DNA of 64,000 nt from Cohaesibacter gelatinilyticus (GCF_900215605.1 NZ_OBEL01000003.1:319523-383522); one strand, 5' to 3'. Positions 30,153 through 42,498 are shown, numbered from the stretch's first letter. The notes: generated by a model not told the origin, from the letters alone. Program-made: numbers and translations.

Positions 30153-31232
30153 TTATTTGGTGCGCCCTTTCCGTGCATAGCTGTCGGTCATGACCGATTT
30201 CACCATCTTGCCAAATTCCTTGGAGCGCTTGCGGGATTGTGCAATCGTCTCGGTATTACGATTGTCCTCGCGCTCAAGTTTGCGCCAACGTTCCAATCGC
30301 TCAGCTTCCAGCTCACCCGATGCAATTGCGGCCTGAACTGCACATTTGGGTTCACTTTCATGTTTGCAATCATTGAATTTGCATTGGGTAGCAAGCTCAA
30401 AAATATCATCAAAGACCTGCTCGATGCCGGTGCTTTTCTCATGCAAACGCAAGGCACGAATGCCGGGTGTGTCGATCACCCATGCTCCACCAAGAGCGGG
30501 GTGAAGCGAGCGATAAGTGGTGGTATGCCGTCCCTTGGCATCATTCTCGCGAATGGCGGCAGTGGCTTCCTGACGACCCGTCAAACCATTGAGGAGGGTG
30601 GTTTTCCCAACTCCTGAGGACCCAACCAAAGCAAGGGTCTGGGCTTTGCCACACCATGGAGAGAGGGCATCCAGAGCATCCGGGCTTTTGGCATTCACCC
30701 CAATCACATCCAGTTCGTCCATCAGATCACCGGCATCGGAAATGTAACGATCCGCATTATCACATAAATCGACCTTGGTCAGGACGACCACCGGGGTCAC
30801 TTCGGCGTCCTTTGCCAAAGCCAGGAAGCGCTCGATCCGTGCCAGATTGAAATCCTCGTTGCAGGATGTGACGATCAACAGACTGTCGATATTGGCAGCC
30901 ATCAATTGTTCGCTGACATCAGTGCCAGCACCGCGACGTTTCAATTCTGATCGAGGATCCAGCCGCCGTGTGATCTGATCTCCCTCATCGGCCAATACCC
31001 AATCACCCACCGCAAAAGCAGAGGTTGGCACTTTGTGTGGTGTGCGCAAGGGTCGCGTGCCACCATCGCCAAGACCGACGACAATGGATCGCTGGATTTC
31101 AGAAATACGAAAAGGAGTAAGAGTTTCCAACTCGATCATATCGAGTTGGCTCATGAAAAAGGGCCCGAAGCCCAAATCATTGAGAGAAGGTCCGTTATTG
31201 CTATCAAAAGACCCGGAATTGGAAGACATCAT
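30153..31232 (-). CDS. rsgA: Ribosome small-subunit-dependent GTPase A
   Basis: 359 aa. Circularly permuted GTPase motifs VVLTKVDL then GSSGVGKTTLLN. C-terminal zinc-finger cysteines CKFNDCKHESEPKCAV. Confidence 0.85.
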   Translation of the reverse strand: MMSSNSGSFDSNNGPSLNDLGFGPFFMSQLDMIELETLTPFRISEIQRSIVVGLGDGGTRPLRTPHKVPTSAFAVGDWVLADEGDQITRRLDPRSELKRRGAGTDVSEQLMAANIDSLLIVTSCNEDFNLARIERFLALAKDAEVTPVVVLTKVDLCDNADRYISDAGDLMDELDVIGVNAKSPDALDALSPWCGKAQTLALVGSSGVGKTTLLNGLTGRQEATAAIRENDAKGRHTTTYRSLHPALGGAWVIDTPGIRALRLHEKSTGIEQVFDDIFELATQCKFNDCKHESEPKCAVQAAIASGELEAERLERWRKLEREDNRNTETIAQSRKRSKEFGKMVKSVMTDSYARKGRTK

Positions 31233-31427
31233 TGTCTTGTCCTGAAAAACATAAAATACCTGCCACTCAAGCTATCGCCAGAGCGGGGATGATCCAGGCA
31301 AGCAAAACATCTGGTCTAGATGTCTTTTGCCCGGAGGGCGACACTTACAATCATAAAGTCCTCCTTCAGGGTAACGGTTGGAGTAAGCAAAAAAGCCGTC
31401 CGAAAAGATCCGGACGGCCTATCTTAT

Positions 31428-32576
31428 CTAATCGGCACGCAATTTGACAAGGTCGTTCATCAAACCATTGGTACCATTATGCACTGTCAACATCTGGACC
31501 TTGTCTGCGATATGCTCCAAAGCCTCCAGCTCTTTCAGGCGCAACATGACAGGATTTTCTGCCATGACTTTGGCCGTGTTCAAAAGCGAACGTGTAGCAT
31601 TCGTTTCCTCCCGTCGGCGAATGACATTTGCCTGCGCCTCCTTTTCAGCTGCGACAACCTGGTTCAGGATCTCCCGCATTTCACCAGGAAGGATGACATC
31701 CTTCAGTTCGATATTGGAAACCTCGATCCCAAGCTCTGCGAGCTCCTTGCGGATAGCCTCGCCAGTATCGCTACTGATCGATGTCTTGGCCTCCAGGATC
31801 TGGTCCAATGTCATGGTCCCAATGTCACGCCGAAAGGCATATTGAAGCGCACGATAGATCGTGTCCTTGAAATCAGAGACAGTCGACACAGCCTTGACCA
31901 CGTCAATCAGGCAATAGTCGGCGGAGATATTGACCCGAATTGTCACCCGATCCTTGGTCAGCATTTCCTGACCACTGACATCAATCGGGTTGCGCTGCAA
32001 ATCTGCAAGCTTGAAGTCAACTGACCGACCATCTCTCCAAAAACCGTGTCGGCCTGTCTGCAATTGTTCTACCAACTCACCGTCAATATAAAGCAATCCA
32101 ACCTGATTGTTTGGAACATTCAAGAGGATCACCTGATCCAGTTTCTGTTCACGAAAAAGGCGCAACAACCATTTGGCAGGAACCTTCGAGCCGTTGGCAA
32201 TGTCAAAGCGTGTCTCAGCCCAAGGGCCTGAATCTTGCCAAACAACCAGCTTCTGGTTTGGACCCAAAACCCGAAAGACCGTGCCGTCTCGCTCAATGAT
32301 GGTGACATCATCAGCACCAGTTTGGAATGTCATCCAATGCTTCTCAGCGACTTCAGGCAGTTTGGCGAACAGGATCTTCTCGTAATCCGAGGTCACCGCA
32401 GGGTGGTTCAGATTGTGGCGTTGAATGTCGAGGCTATCATGACGGTTAGGTAAGAGATGTTCGCCGGGCTCGAAGATGCCCAGAATTTCACCTTTATAAA
32501 GTGCCAAAACTCGCTCATTTTCATTCACAAGGACACGTTTGCGTCCCATCAAATAATTCAAATATCTGTTCATCAT
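31428..32576 (-). CDS. SPFH/Band-7 (slipin-like) domain protein with about 200-aa N-terminal extension
   Basis: 382 aa. C-terminal SPFH core and coiled-coil NQVVAAEKEAQANVIRRREETNATRSLL. The N-terminal half is not recognised. Confidence 0.65.
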   Translation of the reverse strand: MMNRYLNYLMGRKRVLVNENERVLALYKGEILGIFEPGEHLLPNRHDSLDIQRHNLNHPAVTSDYEKILFAKLPEVAEKHWMTFQTGADDVTIIERDGTVFRVLGPNQKLVVWQDSGPWAETRFDIANGSKVPAKWLLRLFREQKLDQVILLNVPNNQVGLLYIDGELVEQLQTGRHGFWRDGRSVDFKLADLQRNPIDVSGQEMLTKDRVTIRVNISADYCLIDVVKAVSTVSDFKDTIYRALQYAFRRDIGTMTLDQILEAKTSISSDTGEAIRKELAELGIEVSNIELKDVILPGEMREILNQVVAAEKEAQANVIRRREETNATRSLLNTAKVMAENPVMLRLKELEALEHIADKVQMLTVHNGTNGLMNDLVKLRAD

Positions 32577-32956
32577 ACATACTCCTTCGTCATGCTGGTC
32601 AAGTCATGAAACGACAATCCTTTCAATAGATTGGGATTCCCAAAACGGGAATGGACGTTAGACTGATCGCAGAATGAGTGATCAGCCGGATAAGAGGTGG
32701 AAAGAAGTCTGAAGACCGATACAGTCGGATGCTGCGGATCGCCGGGAGTGGAGCATGCGGCATGAAATTGCACCATCGATCCAGATCGATTGTGGAGTAT
32801 CATGCGGCTTACCCGTCACCATTGAGCGGCGGCAAGCAATTGGCCTCTGACGTCACAAGAAAACTTTGAAGTTCCTCAATCGGCCTTCGGCAAACCGGTC
32901 TTCAAACCGGATGAAATGAAACACGTTTAAAGCGTGTGGTTGATGGTTAAATCAAC

Positions 32957-33028
32957 AAGTGGAAAAGGATTCGAACCTTCGACCGACAGAACCTGAATCT
33001 GTTGCTCTACCCATTGAGCTATCCATGG
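32957..33028 (-). pseudogene. tRNA-like element with intact D-arm, anticodon arm (loop TTCAGGT, anticodon CAG, identical to bacterial tRNA-Leu(CAG) loop) and T-arm. Short variable region and defective acceptor stem. Probable tRNA remnant.
   Basis: Hand fold of the minus strand: D-stem GCTC/GAGC, anticodon stem ACAGA/TCTGT, T-arm GAAGG-TTCGAAT-CCTTT. Only 4 of 7 acceptor base pairs form. The outer three 5' nucleotides are the CCA of the adjoining element. No 3' CCA. Confidence 0.35.
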
Positions 33029-33120
33029 TGCAAAATGTGGGAATCGAACCCACCCCTTCGGAGAAACACCCCGACGTTCGCCGCGAACTCATTGTGCATC
33101 CCGAGCGAGTTGACACATCC
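33026..33120 (-). other. Second tRNA-like remnant with perfect T-arm (GTGGG-TTCGATT-CCCAC), 3' acceptor strand and encoded ACCA end but a degenerate 5' half
   Basis: Hand fold. The 3' portion is canonical and ends ...ATTTTGCACCA. The 5' side gives only a 6/7 acceptor, G8 instead of U8, and a 5-nt D-loop. It abuts element 1 through the shared CCA. Confidence 0.3.
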
Positions 33121-33335
33121 ATACATAGAAAAGCAGGGCCGACTATGTGGGCGGAGGCGAAAACTCCTGCCGTTGATGCCGTCATCGTCGTGATCGGGAG
33201 AGCTGAGATACGCTCATGAGAAAAAAGCTGCAACAGAAAAACCGCAACCATTAGTTAAGTTGATCTTAATGTTGCAAAAACATCACAATCATGGAGGGGG
33301 GATTAAGTGCCGGATAGCCTTGGCTTGGAAGCTGT

Positions 33336-33761
33336 TCAAGCCTTTGGAGACCAGTCACGTGGAGCCATCTCAAACCCCTCAAAGACAAAGCCTGGTGCAA
33401 CTGTGCAGCTGACAAGTGTCCAAATGCCAAGGCTTTGTGCAGATTGCCAATCACCTTTGGGAACAATGACTTGCGGGCGTTCATTGGCGATTATATCGGA
33501 ACCGAGAACATGATGTGTCATGCTTTTCCCATCAGAGGAAAGGCAAAGCTCAAGAGGTGACCCTGCATGCCAGAACCAAATTTCCGTGGCATCAACTTTG
33601 TGCCAGTGGGATCGATCACCTTTTTCCAACAGGTAATAGATGGCGGTTGAATAACCACGCCCTTGCGGTCCGTCATGATCGCGAAAGGTTTCGACATAAT
33701 AGCCGCCTTCGGGGTGTGGTTGCATGTTCAATGCTGTAATAATTTCTTCGGCACTGGTCAT
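33336..33761 (-). CDS. DUF985-like cupin-fold protein
   Basis: 141 aa. Motif HPEGGYYVETFRD...YYLL...WH is typical of the DUF985/cupin_5 family. Confidence 0.55.
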   Translation of the reverse strand: MTSAEEIITALNMQPHPEGGYYVETFRDHDGPQGRGYSTAIYYLLEKGDRSHWHKVDATEIWFWHAGSPLELCLSSDGKSMTHHVLGSDIIANERPQVIVPKGDWQSAQSLGIWTLVSCTVAPGFVFEGFEMAPRDWSPKA

Positions 33762-33832
33762 GAGAGATTCAATATGGTTTGCGGAAAATCTGGAAATGAA
33801 AAAGGCCAGATTTGCATCTGGCCCAATTCCCG

Positions 33833-36268
<2,436 letters not shown>

Positions 36269-36419
36269 TCATCCTCGGATAAAGGGGTAACCCTTCACTT
36301 ATACGTGGTTTCGCGTCTCGATCAACCAATGGGAGGCTGTGAAATCAACCCTTTGCGGGCAATTGTGGAGAGAGAAGCCCCAAAGCCATATTTGCGAGCA
36401 TTTTATTGCACAATAGAGT

Positions 36420-36830
36420 TTATTTTATGCCTGCTTTTCGCTGCAAATACCGAATATAGGCTGTGATCATGGCCAGATCAGTCTGGCTGATTCCCTCAAT
36501 TGCCGGCATGTCGCCATAATCCCAATGATGCGCTGTGACACCTTGCAAGGCAGCAAGCGCAAAAGCCTGATCGCTATGGTGGGATGGCCTGTATATCTCG
36601 TGCACCAAGGGCGGGCCGAAACTTGAGCCACGCGCTTCAATGCCATGGCATTGAATACAGGCACCGTTATAGAGACGCAGGCCGTCTGATCGGATTTTAT
36701 CAGTATCCAGCGAAAAGGCATTGCCATGCAAAGGACCGTCATTTTCGCCTTCTTTTCCAGATTGAAGAGCCAGCAGTGCCGCAATGACAATGAGTATAGC
36801 AAACATCATCAATTTTTGCGGCTTCATCAT
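36420..36830 (-). CDS. Small secreted class I c-type cytochrome
   Basis: 136 aa. Signal peptide LMMFAILIVIAALLALQSG. Single heme motif CIQCHG. Candidate distal Met in DMPAI. Its ATG overlaps the recF stop (ATGA). Confidence 0.55.
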   Translation of the reverse strand: MMKPQKLMMFAILIVIAALLALQSGKEGENDGPLHGNAFSLDTDKIRSDGLRLYNGACIQCHGIEARGSSFGPPLVHEIYRPSHHSDQAFALAALQGVTAHHWDYGDMPAIEGISQTDLAMITAYIRYLQRKAGIK

Positions 36831-38026
36831 CTGTCGCCTTCCTCGCTCAAAACTGGTGTCAGTTGGCCATTGTCGACAATGAAACGCTGAGCGCGTTCTC
36901 CCAACGGGGCAAATACAGGATCATCGGTACCTGTCACCCAGGCCTGACAACCAAGACGGTCGAGAATATCGAAGAGTGCCAGCCGCCGCGTTTCATCCAG
37001 ATGGGCGGCAACTTCGTCCAGCAGAACAATCGGGCTTTTCTGATTGCGTTTGGCCACTAGATGCGCATGGGCCAAAACGATACCCAGCAACAAAGCTTTT
37101 TGCTCGCCGGTCGAGCATTTGGCCGCCGGCATCTCTTTGCCAACATGATTGACCGCAAGGTCCGAGCGGTGAGGACCTTCCAGGGTACGCCCCGCAGCAC
37201 GGTCCCGTCCACGCATCTGCACCAATTGTTCGCGATAGGTTTCCTCGCATTCAATGGCCGGCATGAGAAAGGCTTTTTCTTCCAAATTGCCATTCAGGCC
37301 AACTTGCGCCATGGGAAAAGCGGTCTCAGCACTGTGTAAATGAGAAATGGACTGAATGAGCAGACTTACCAGTTCCGAACGTGCTGTTGCAATGGCGACA
37401 CCAAATTCTGCCATTTGTGCTTCGATGCCCTCAAGCCAGACAGTCTCATGCGGAGCTTCATCCAATAGCCGATTGCGTTGGCGCATGGCTTTCTCAAATG
37501 CATTGACCCGGCTGCCATGACTTTTGTCGATGGCAAGAACCATCCGATCCAGCCATTTGCGTCTTTCCGATGCCGGACCCGTGAACAAGCTGTCCATCAT
37601 GGGCGTGAGCCAGAGAATGCTGACATGATCACCAAGGCGTTCGCTGGATTTGATATTGGCACCATTGACACGAATGCGGCGTTGCAAATCCCCATTGGGA
37701 CCGGGTTGCAGGCCAGCACCAAGCTTGGTTTCGCCATAATCGCCATGAAGCTCCGACGCCATTGCCCAGCTTCCCGGACCATTTTCGCGCGCAATATCTG
37801 GATAGCTGACTCTGCGCAGACCGCGCCCCGGGGACAGAAAAGAAATGGCTTCCAGCAAGTTGGTCTTGCCCGAACCATTGGCACCACTCAGCACCACGTG
37901 AGCATCTCGCAACCTAAGTGACAGAGAGGAATAATTGCGAAAGTCGCTTAGCTGAATGGACGAAATCCATACATGCTCAATCTCGTCAGCAGAATAGACC
38001 TCATCGGTCAGTATGGGATCCTGCAT
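36827..38026 (-). CDS. recF: DNA replication and repair protein RecF
   Basis: Walker A GANGSGKTNLLEA. Conserved RecF N-terminus LSDFRNY. ABC-signature-like region. ORF extends to 38116. Start placed at the internal Met MQDPIL. Confidence 0.85.
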   Translation of the reverse strand: MQDPILTDEVYSADEIEHVWISSIQLSDFRNYSSLSLRLRDAHVVLSGANGSGKTNLLEAISFLSPGRGLRRVSYPDIARENGPGSWAMASELHGDYGETKLGAGLQPGPNGDLQRRIRVNGANIKSSERLGDHVSILWLTPMMDSLFTGPASERRKWLDRMVLAIDKSHGSRVNAFEKAMRQRNRLLDEAPHETVWLEGIEAQMAEFGVAIATARSELVSLLIQSISHLHSAETAFPMAQVGLNGNLEEKAFLMPAIECEETYREQLVQMRGRDRAAGRTLEGPHRSDLAVNHVGKEMPAAKCSTGEQKALLLGIVLAHAHLVAKRNQKSPIVLLDEVAAHLDETRRLALFDILDRLGCQAWVTGTDDPVFAPLGERAQRFIVDNGQLTPVLSEEGDR

Positions 38027-38162
38027 CTGGTTGTTGCGATCTTGCATGAAGGTCAAAGAATCCATCAGTCCTGCTGAGGCTTGAAGCCACTCAGGAATCA
38101 AAAAAGGGGCATTCACTGCCCCTTTGTATCATTGCGCATGATGAACGCAAATTCAAACCATC

Positions 38163-39281
38163 CTATACGCGCATCGGCATCAGAACATAAAGGGTGCCGA
38201 TGCTACCCTCATCCTGAATGAGAGTAGGGGATCCGGAATCAGCCAGAGAGAATTGAGCGCTATCACTTTCCAGTTGATTGGTAATGTCGAGCAAATAACG
38301 GGCATTGAAGCCGATTTCCATGGCGTCAGAGCCATAATCAACCGCCAATTCGTCTGTTGCAGTGCCGGATTCAGGATTGGAAACGCTCAGAACCAGGCGG
38401 CCTTGTTCGAGTGAGAGCTTGACGGCGCGACCACGTTCGTTGGAAACAGTCGACACGCGATCCACGGCTTGTGCGAACAGGCTGTTCTCGACGCGCAAGA
38501 TCTTGTCATTGCCTTTTGGAATGACGCGCTCGTAATCAGGAAATGTGCCATCAATCAGTTTGGATGTCAGAACAACGGAGCCTATTTTCAGTCGAATTTT
38601 GGCCTCGGAGAGTTCCACGGCAAGATCCGCATCCGGATCTTCGATCAGTTTCTGAATTTCGGAAACTGTTTTGCGAGGGATGATAATGCCTGGCATGCCA
38701 GCAGAACCATTTGGAGCGCTTAGTTGAGCTTGTGCCAAACGGTGACCGTCGGTGGCAACTGCACGCAACAATGTCTCGCCATCGACATCCAGAGTATGCA
38801 CATAAATCCCGTTCAGATAGTAACGGGTCTCTTCGGTAGAGATGGCAAACTGGGTATGGTCGATCAGTTTTTTGATATCTCGTGCCGGGATGGCAAAGGT
38901 ATGGCTGAATTCACCAGCAGTAATGTCTGGGAAATCGGCAATTGGCAGGACCGGCAAGGTGAAATGTGAGCGACCAGCGTCAATTGACAGGCTGGATTGA
39001 TCTTCACTGAGGGTCAAAGTCACCTGAGTGCCGTCGGGCAGTTTTTTGACGATGTCATGCAGCATATGAGCCGGAACAGTCGTTGCACCCGGTGCTTCCA
39101 CCATGGCAGGAGCGGTTTCCAGCACTTCCAGATCCAGATCGGTGGCCTTGAAAACCAGTTCTCCACCTTCGGCTTTCAACAAGACATTTGAGAGAATGGG
39201 GATGGTATTGCGACGTTCAACAACACGATGGACATGGTTTAGCGACTTCAAAAGGTCCGCCCGTTCGAGAGTGACTTTCAT
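38163..39281 (-). CDS. dnaN: DNA polymerase III beta sliding clamp
   Basis: Start at MKVTLERADLL (typical dnaN N-terminus). Three-domain clamp, about 372 aa. Downstream of dnaA. Confidence 0.9.
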   Translation of the reverse strand: MKVTLERADLLKSLNHVHRVVERRNTIPILSNVLLKAEGGELVFKATDLDLEVLETAPAMVEAPGATTVPAHMLHDIVKKLPDGTQVTLTLSEDQSSLSIDAGRSHFTLPVLPIADFPDITAGEFSHTFAIPARDIKKLIDHTQFAISTEETRYYLNGIYVHTLDVDGETLLRAVATDGHRLAQAQLSAPNGSAGMPGIIIPRKTVSEIQKLIEDPDADLAVELSEAKIRLKIGSVVLTSKLIDGTFPDYERVIPKGNDKILRVENSLFAQAVDRVSTVSNERGRAVKLSLEQGRLVLSVSNPESGTATDELAVDYGSDAMEIGFNARYLLDITNQLESDSAQFSLADSGSPTLIQDEGSIGTLYVLMPMRV

Positions 39282-39465
39282 ATCCCTCACTTCCCTTTTC
39301 TTTTCCAAACTCAATACAGCCCCGCAATGGGGACCGAAACTTTGACGTGTTGTGACCCATATAGCAAGGGGATTGCACCAAAAATGGTGCAATCCCCTTC
39401 TATTTCACAGCTTATCAGCAACATTCTTAACCGTGCCGTCACGGCAAGGAATGCCAGAACATTTC

Positions 39466-41016
39466 CTATTCGGAAATGATACGCTTCAGCATCTCGATTT
39501 CTTGTGCCAGCGTGGTATCAGACGACGACAATTCCTCGATCTTGCGTACTGCATGCAACACGGTGGTATGGTCGCGACCGCCAAACCGACGCCCGATCTC
39601 GGGTAGAGAGCGAGGGGTCAGCATTTTGGACAAATACATTGCGATTTGACGTGGGCGCACGATAGTGCGGGTTCTGCGGGATGAAAGCAGATCCGAACGG
39701 GATACGTTGTAATGCTTGGAGACAACACGCTGGATGTCTTCGATGCGAATACGACGTGGCTCCTTGGAGCGGATCAGATCTTTCAGGGCCTGCTCGGCCA
39801 TTTCGATGGTGATCGGAGCACCAGTCAACTGATTATGAGCCATCAGGCGGTTGAAGGCACCATCCAGATCACGGCCATTGGAGCGAATGATACCTGCAAC
39901 ATGATCCAGTACGACATCTGGAATAGCCAGATTTGGATCACGGCGGGATGCCTGCAGAGCACGGTCGGAGAGAATGGAACGGCGAAGTTCCTTCTCCAAA
40001 GGCTGCAATTCGCTGACCAGACCACCGGCAAGACGAGACCGTACGCGCTCATCCAGACTTTCCAGTTCAACCGGTGGGCGATCCGCAGCCACAACAACCT
40101 GACGTGCACCATCAATGAGGCTGTTCAGCGTGTGACAGAATTCCTGCTGAATGCTCTTGCCTTGCAGGAATTGCAGATCATCAATCAGCAAAATATCGAT
40201 GTCGCGCAAAGTATCCTTGAAATCCAGTGCAGACTGGCTTTTCAGAGCCTGCACAAAGGAATACATGAAGCGCTCGGCGGTCAGGTAAAGGACCTTTGCG
40301 CCAGGATTGGAACGCTTTGCTTCCCAGGCAATAGCTTGCAGCAAATGGGTTTTACCCAAGCCAACAGAGGCATGCAGGAAGAGAGGGTTGAAAGAAACCG
40401 GCTGACCTGGTTGAGCCAGAGCCACTTGCTTGGCCGCTGCATGGGCCAGAGTGTTGGATTGACCAACGACAAAGGTCTCGAACGTCAAGCGTGGATCAAG
40501 TGGAGATCCGCCAAGTTGATCATTTTCGCTAGCCTGTGCACCGGCAAGTCCGGCTGCTCCAGCCATACCACCAACCGCTGCATTGCCTGCGGGATTAGGG
40601 GCTGCTGTCTTGGTCGGGGCTGGTTTTGGTCGCACCGCACCGCGGACATAAAGATCAATGCGTCGCACATGCTCACACTCTTCACGCCAAAGCGCCATCA
40701 AGCGCTCACCATAATGCGATTGAATCCATGATTTGAGGAACCGGGTCGAGACTGACAGGATGACGAGGCCATTTTGCTCGCCTTCCAATTCCACGCTGGC
40801 GAACCAGCTGGAAAATACATCTTCACCAAGTTCTGTACGCAACCGTGATTTAACACGATCCCATTCTTCTTTGCCAACTTTCACTGAAGGCTCCTCTTTT
40901 GGGGAGTCAGCCTCCTGAAAAGCTTGATGAGCTGCCGCACCCATCTCCATTTCCGCGTTTCCCTTTGTGGCCGTTTGCTGCATAATCGTTTTCTTTTCGT
41001 GTGCTAGCCGCTTCAA
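39466..41016 (-). CDS. dnaA: Chromosomal replication initiator protein DnaA
   Basis: AAA+ Walker [14 protein letters not shown]. Sensor motifs. C-terminal DNA-binding domain with the DnaA signature region [14 protein letters not shown]. Confidence 0.9.
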   Translation of the reverse strand: MKRLAHEKKTIMQQTATKGNAEMEMGAAAHQAFQEADSPKEEPSVKVGKEEWDRVKSRLRTELGEDVFSSWFASVELEGEQNGLVILSVSTRFLKSWIQSHYGERLMALWREECEHVRRIDLYVRGAVRPKPAPTKTAAPNPAGNAAVGGMAGAAGLAGAQASENDQLGGSPLDPRLTFETFVVGQSNTLAHAAAKQVALAQPGQPVSFNPLFLHASVGLGKTHLLQAIAWEAKRSNPGAKVLYLTAERFMYSFVQALKSQSALDFKDTLRDIDILLIDDLQFLQGKSIQQEFCHTLNSLIDGARQVVVAADRPPVELESLDERVRSRLAGGLVSELQPLEKELRRSILSDRALQASRRDPNLAIPDVVLDHVAGIIRSNGRDLDGAFNRLMAHNQLTGAPITIEMAEQALKDLIRSKEPRRIRIEDIQRVVSKHYNVSRSDLLSSRRTRTIVRPRQIAMYLSKMLTPRSLPEIGRRFGGRDHTTVLHAVRKIEELSSSDTTLAQEIEMLKRIISE

Positions 41017-41121
41017 CAGCTCGTTTGTTTCTCAGCCAGAGGTCCCGTTTATCAGTGGGTAAGTCTGACCAGACTGTGTGTCTTATCCTATGCCGCGCAA
41101 TTCGGCAATTCGGAATCTTCA

Positions 41122-41568
41122 TCAAAATTGTCGCCAGGGCAGGTCATCTTTTTTCCATCCCGAAACCGTCGCCCGATGCCCCCCGGCATCAAGATCACCC
41201 TCAAAACCACCAGCAACATTGTAGCATGGCCCGGACCAGTCCTTTGTCATGACGATGGCAGCATTCCGGCTTCTGACCCCGGAGCGACATAGAAACAACA
41301 AAGGCGCCTGTTGGTCAGCACCATGTTCGGATAGCATTTCCAGCAGCCGCTCCCCAAAATCGGCATGAACCTGCATGGCAGGATAGGAAAGCCATTCCAA
41401 TTGCAAAACAGATTTGCCAAGTCCCGTCAGATCAGGAACCCCGACAAAGCTCCATTCAGCATGAGTTCGGACATCAATGAGAACCGCCTTATTGTTATGC
41501 TCCAATATCTGCCAGGCCTCCTGAGTACAGATATCACCTGCATAACAATCAAAACCGGTATTTGACAT
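41122..41568 (-). CDS. Rhodanese-like (sulfurtransferase) single-domain protein
   Basis: Start at MSNTGFD. Rhodanese active-site loop CRSGVRS with upstream VLIDVRTHAEW. Confidence 0.6.
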   Translation of the reverse strand: MSNTGFDCYAGDICTQEAWQILEHNNKAVLIDVRTHAEWSFVGVPDLTGLGKSVLQLEWLSYPAMQVHADFGERLLEMLSEHGADQQAPLLFLCRSGVRSRNAAIVMTKDWSGPCYNVAGGFEGDLDAGGHRATVSGWKKDDLPWRQF

Positions 41569-41668
41569 ATAAACCCTCACAACAGGCGACTGGCACCGTT
41601 GTTTGTAACTGTTAGAACGCCGTTTTGCTATGAGCAGGACAGAAAACCGGAAGGCGTCTGTCGTCAAA

Positions 41669-42180
41669 TACTGCCTGTCTTGATGTAAGACAAAGATTTC
41701 GACCTGCTGCTCACAGGTGATGTCCAGAAAATACTAGCCGAACTCATACGAAATCCACAAGAAATACTGAGCCTGTTTTCGTTCGTAACGTTTAAGACTT
41801 GCTACGTGACGTTGCTCTCTAACCTTGTATTTACAGTAGTTTGACAATACACAGCCTTCTCATTCCACGCAACAGACTCACAACCAGATTCTTTGCTTTG
41901 AGAAGGGATCAAAAAGTTTAAAACTTTTTTAACCAATCTCTTGACCAGACCTAACATGTTGCGACTCAAAGCAATCCCGGAAGCCCTCGTCTGCGCAATT
42001 GACAAGACTCTCACCGCATATTTTTTTTTTGCCGTACCATATTGACCTTGTAAGAATCGATCAGCAAGAATCGCATCTTTAGTGAAATTCAAACAAGTGT
42101 TTGATATATATGGTTATTTTATATTAGGCAAAAATCCGGATACCAAATGATCCAATTCAGGGCTGAGAAGGCATATCATG
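41669..42180. promoter_or_regulatory. AT-rich intergenic region upstream of the rhodanese-dnaA unit, with DnaA-box-like 9-mers and a T10 tract. Candidate dnaA promoter/autoregulatory region and possibly origin-associated.
   Basis: AAATCCACA at about 41753 (7/9 to TTATCCACA). TTATCCTAT and TTATCAGTG between dnaA and the rhodanese gene (41049-41087). T10 at 42024-42033. A very AT-rich stretch at 42080-42130. Confidence 0.3.
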
Positions 42181-42215
42181 AAAAAAGCCCGGCCAATCTG
42201 GTCCGGGCTTTTTGA
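42181..42215 (-). terminator. Rho-independent terminator after rpsT (AGCCCGG-ccaatctggt-CCGGGCT flanked by A6 and T5)
   Basis: Read directly in the sequence. Confidence 0.6.
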
Positions 42216-42231
42216 AAGCAATACCTGCTGC

Positions 42232-42498
42232 TTATGCAGAAAGCGCTTTGATGCGCTTGGACAGGCGAGAGACTTTGCGAGATGCGGTGTTTTTATGGAA
42301 CACACCCTTGGAAACAGCGCGCATCAGTTCAGACTGAGCAATACGCAGTGCTTCGCTGGCAGCAGCCTGATCGGCAGCGGCGATTGCTTCTTCTACCTTG
42401 CGCAGGCAACCACGTACACGAGTGCGGCGGGCCTTGTTGATGGCAGTTTTGCGGGCAATTTTACGGGTAGCCTTTTTGGCTGAAGTGGTATTGGCCAT
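42232..42498 (-). CDS. rpsT: 30S ribosomal protein S20
   Basis: Start at [10 protein letters not shown]. The basic N-terminus [26 protein letters not shown] is the S20 signature. Confidence 0.9.
   Translation of the reverse strand: MANTTSAKKATRKIARKTAINKARRTRVRGCLRKVEEAIAAADQAAASEALRIAQSELMRAVSKGVFHKNTASRKVSRLSKRIKALSA

Noticed and set aside
32577-33335. Two-piece (permuted) alphaproteobacterial tmRNA (ssrA) hypothesis for the tRNA-like region
   Set aside because: I could find no tag-peptide reading frame (ANDN...AA type) on either strand. No 5' acceptor strand complementary to the ATTTTGC-ACCA end was present downstream.
42024-42033. T10 homopolymer and nearby AT-rich repeats as a CRISPR or repeat array
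   Set aside because: No regularly spaced direct repeats. It is a simple homopolymer in an AT-rich promoter region.
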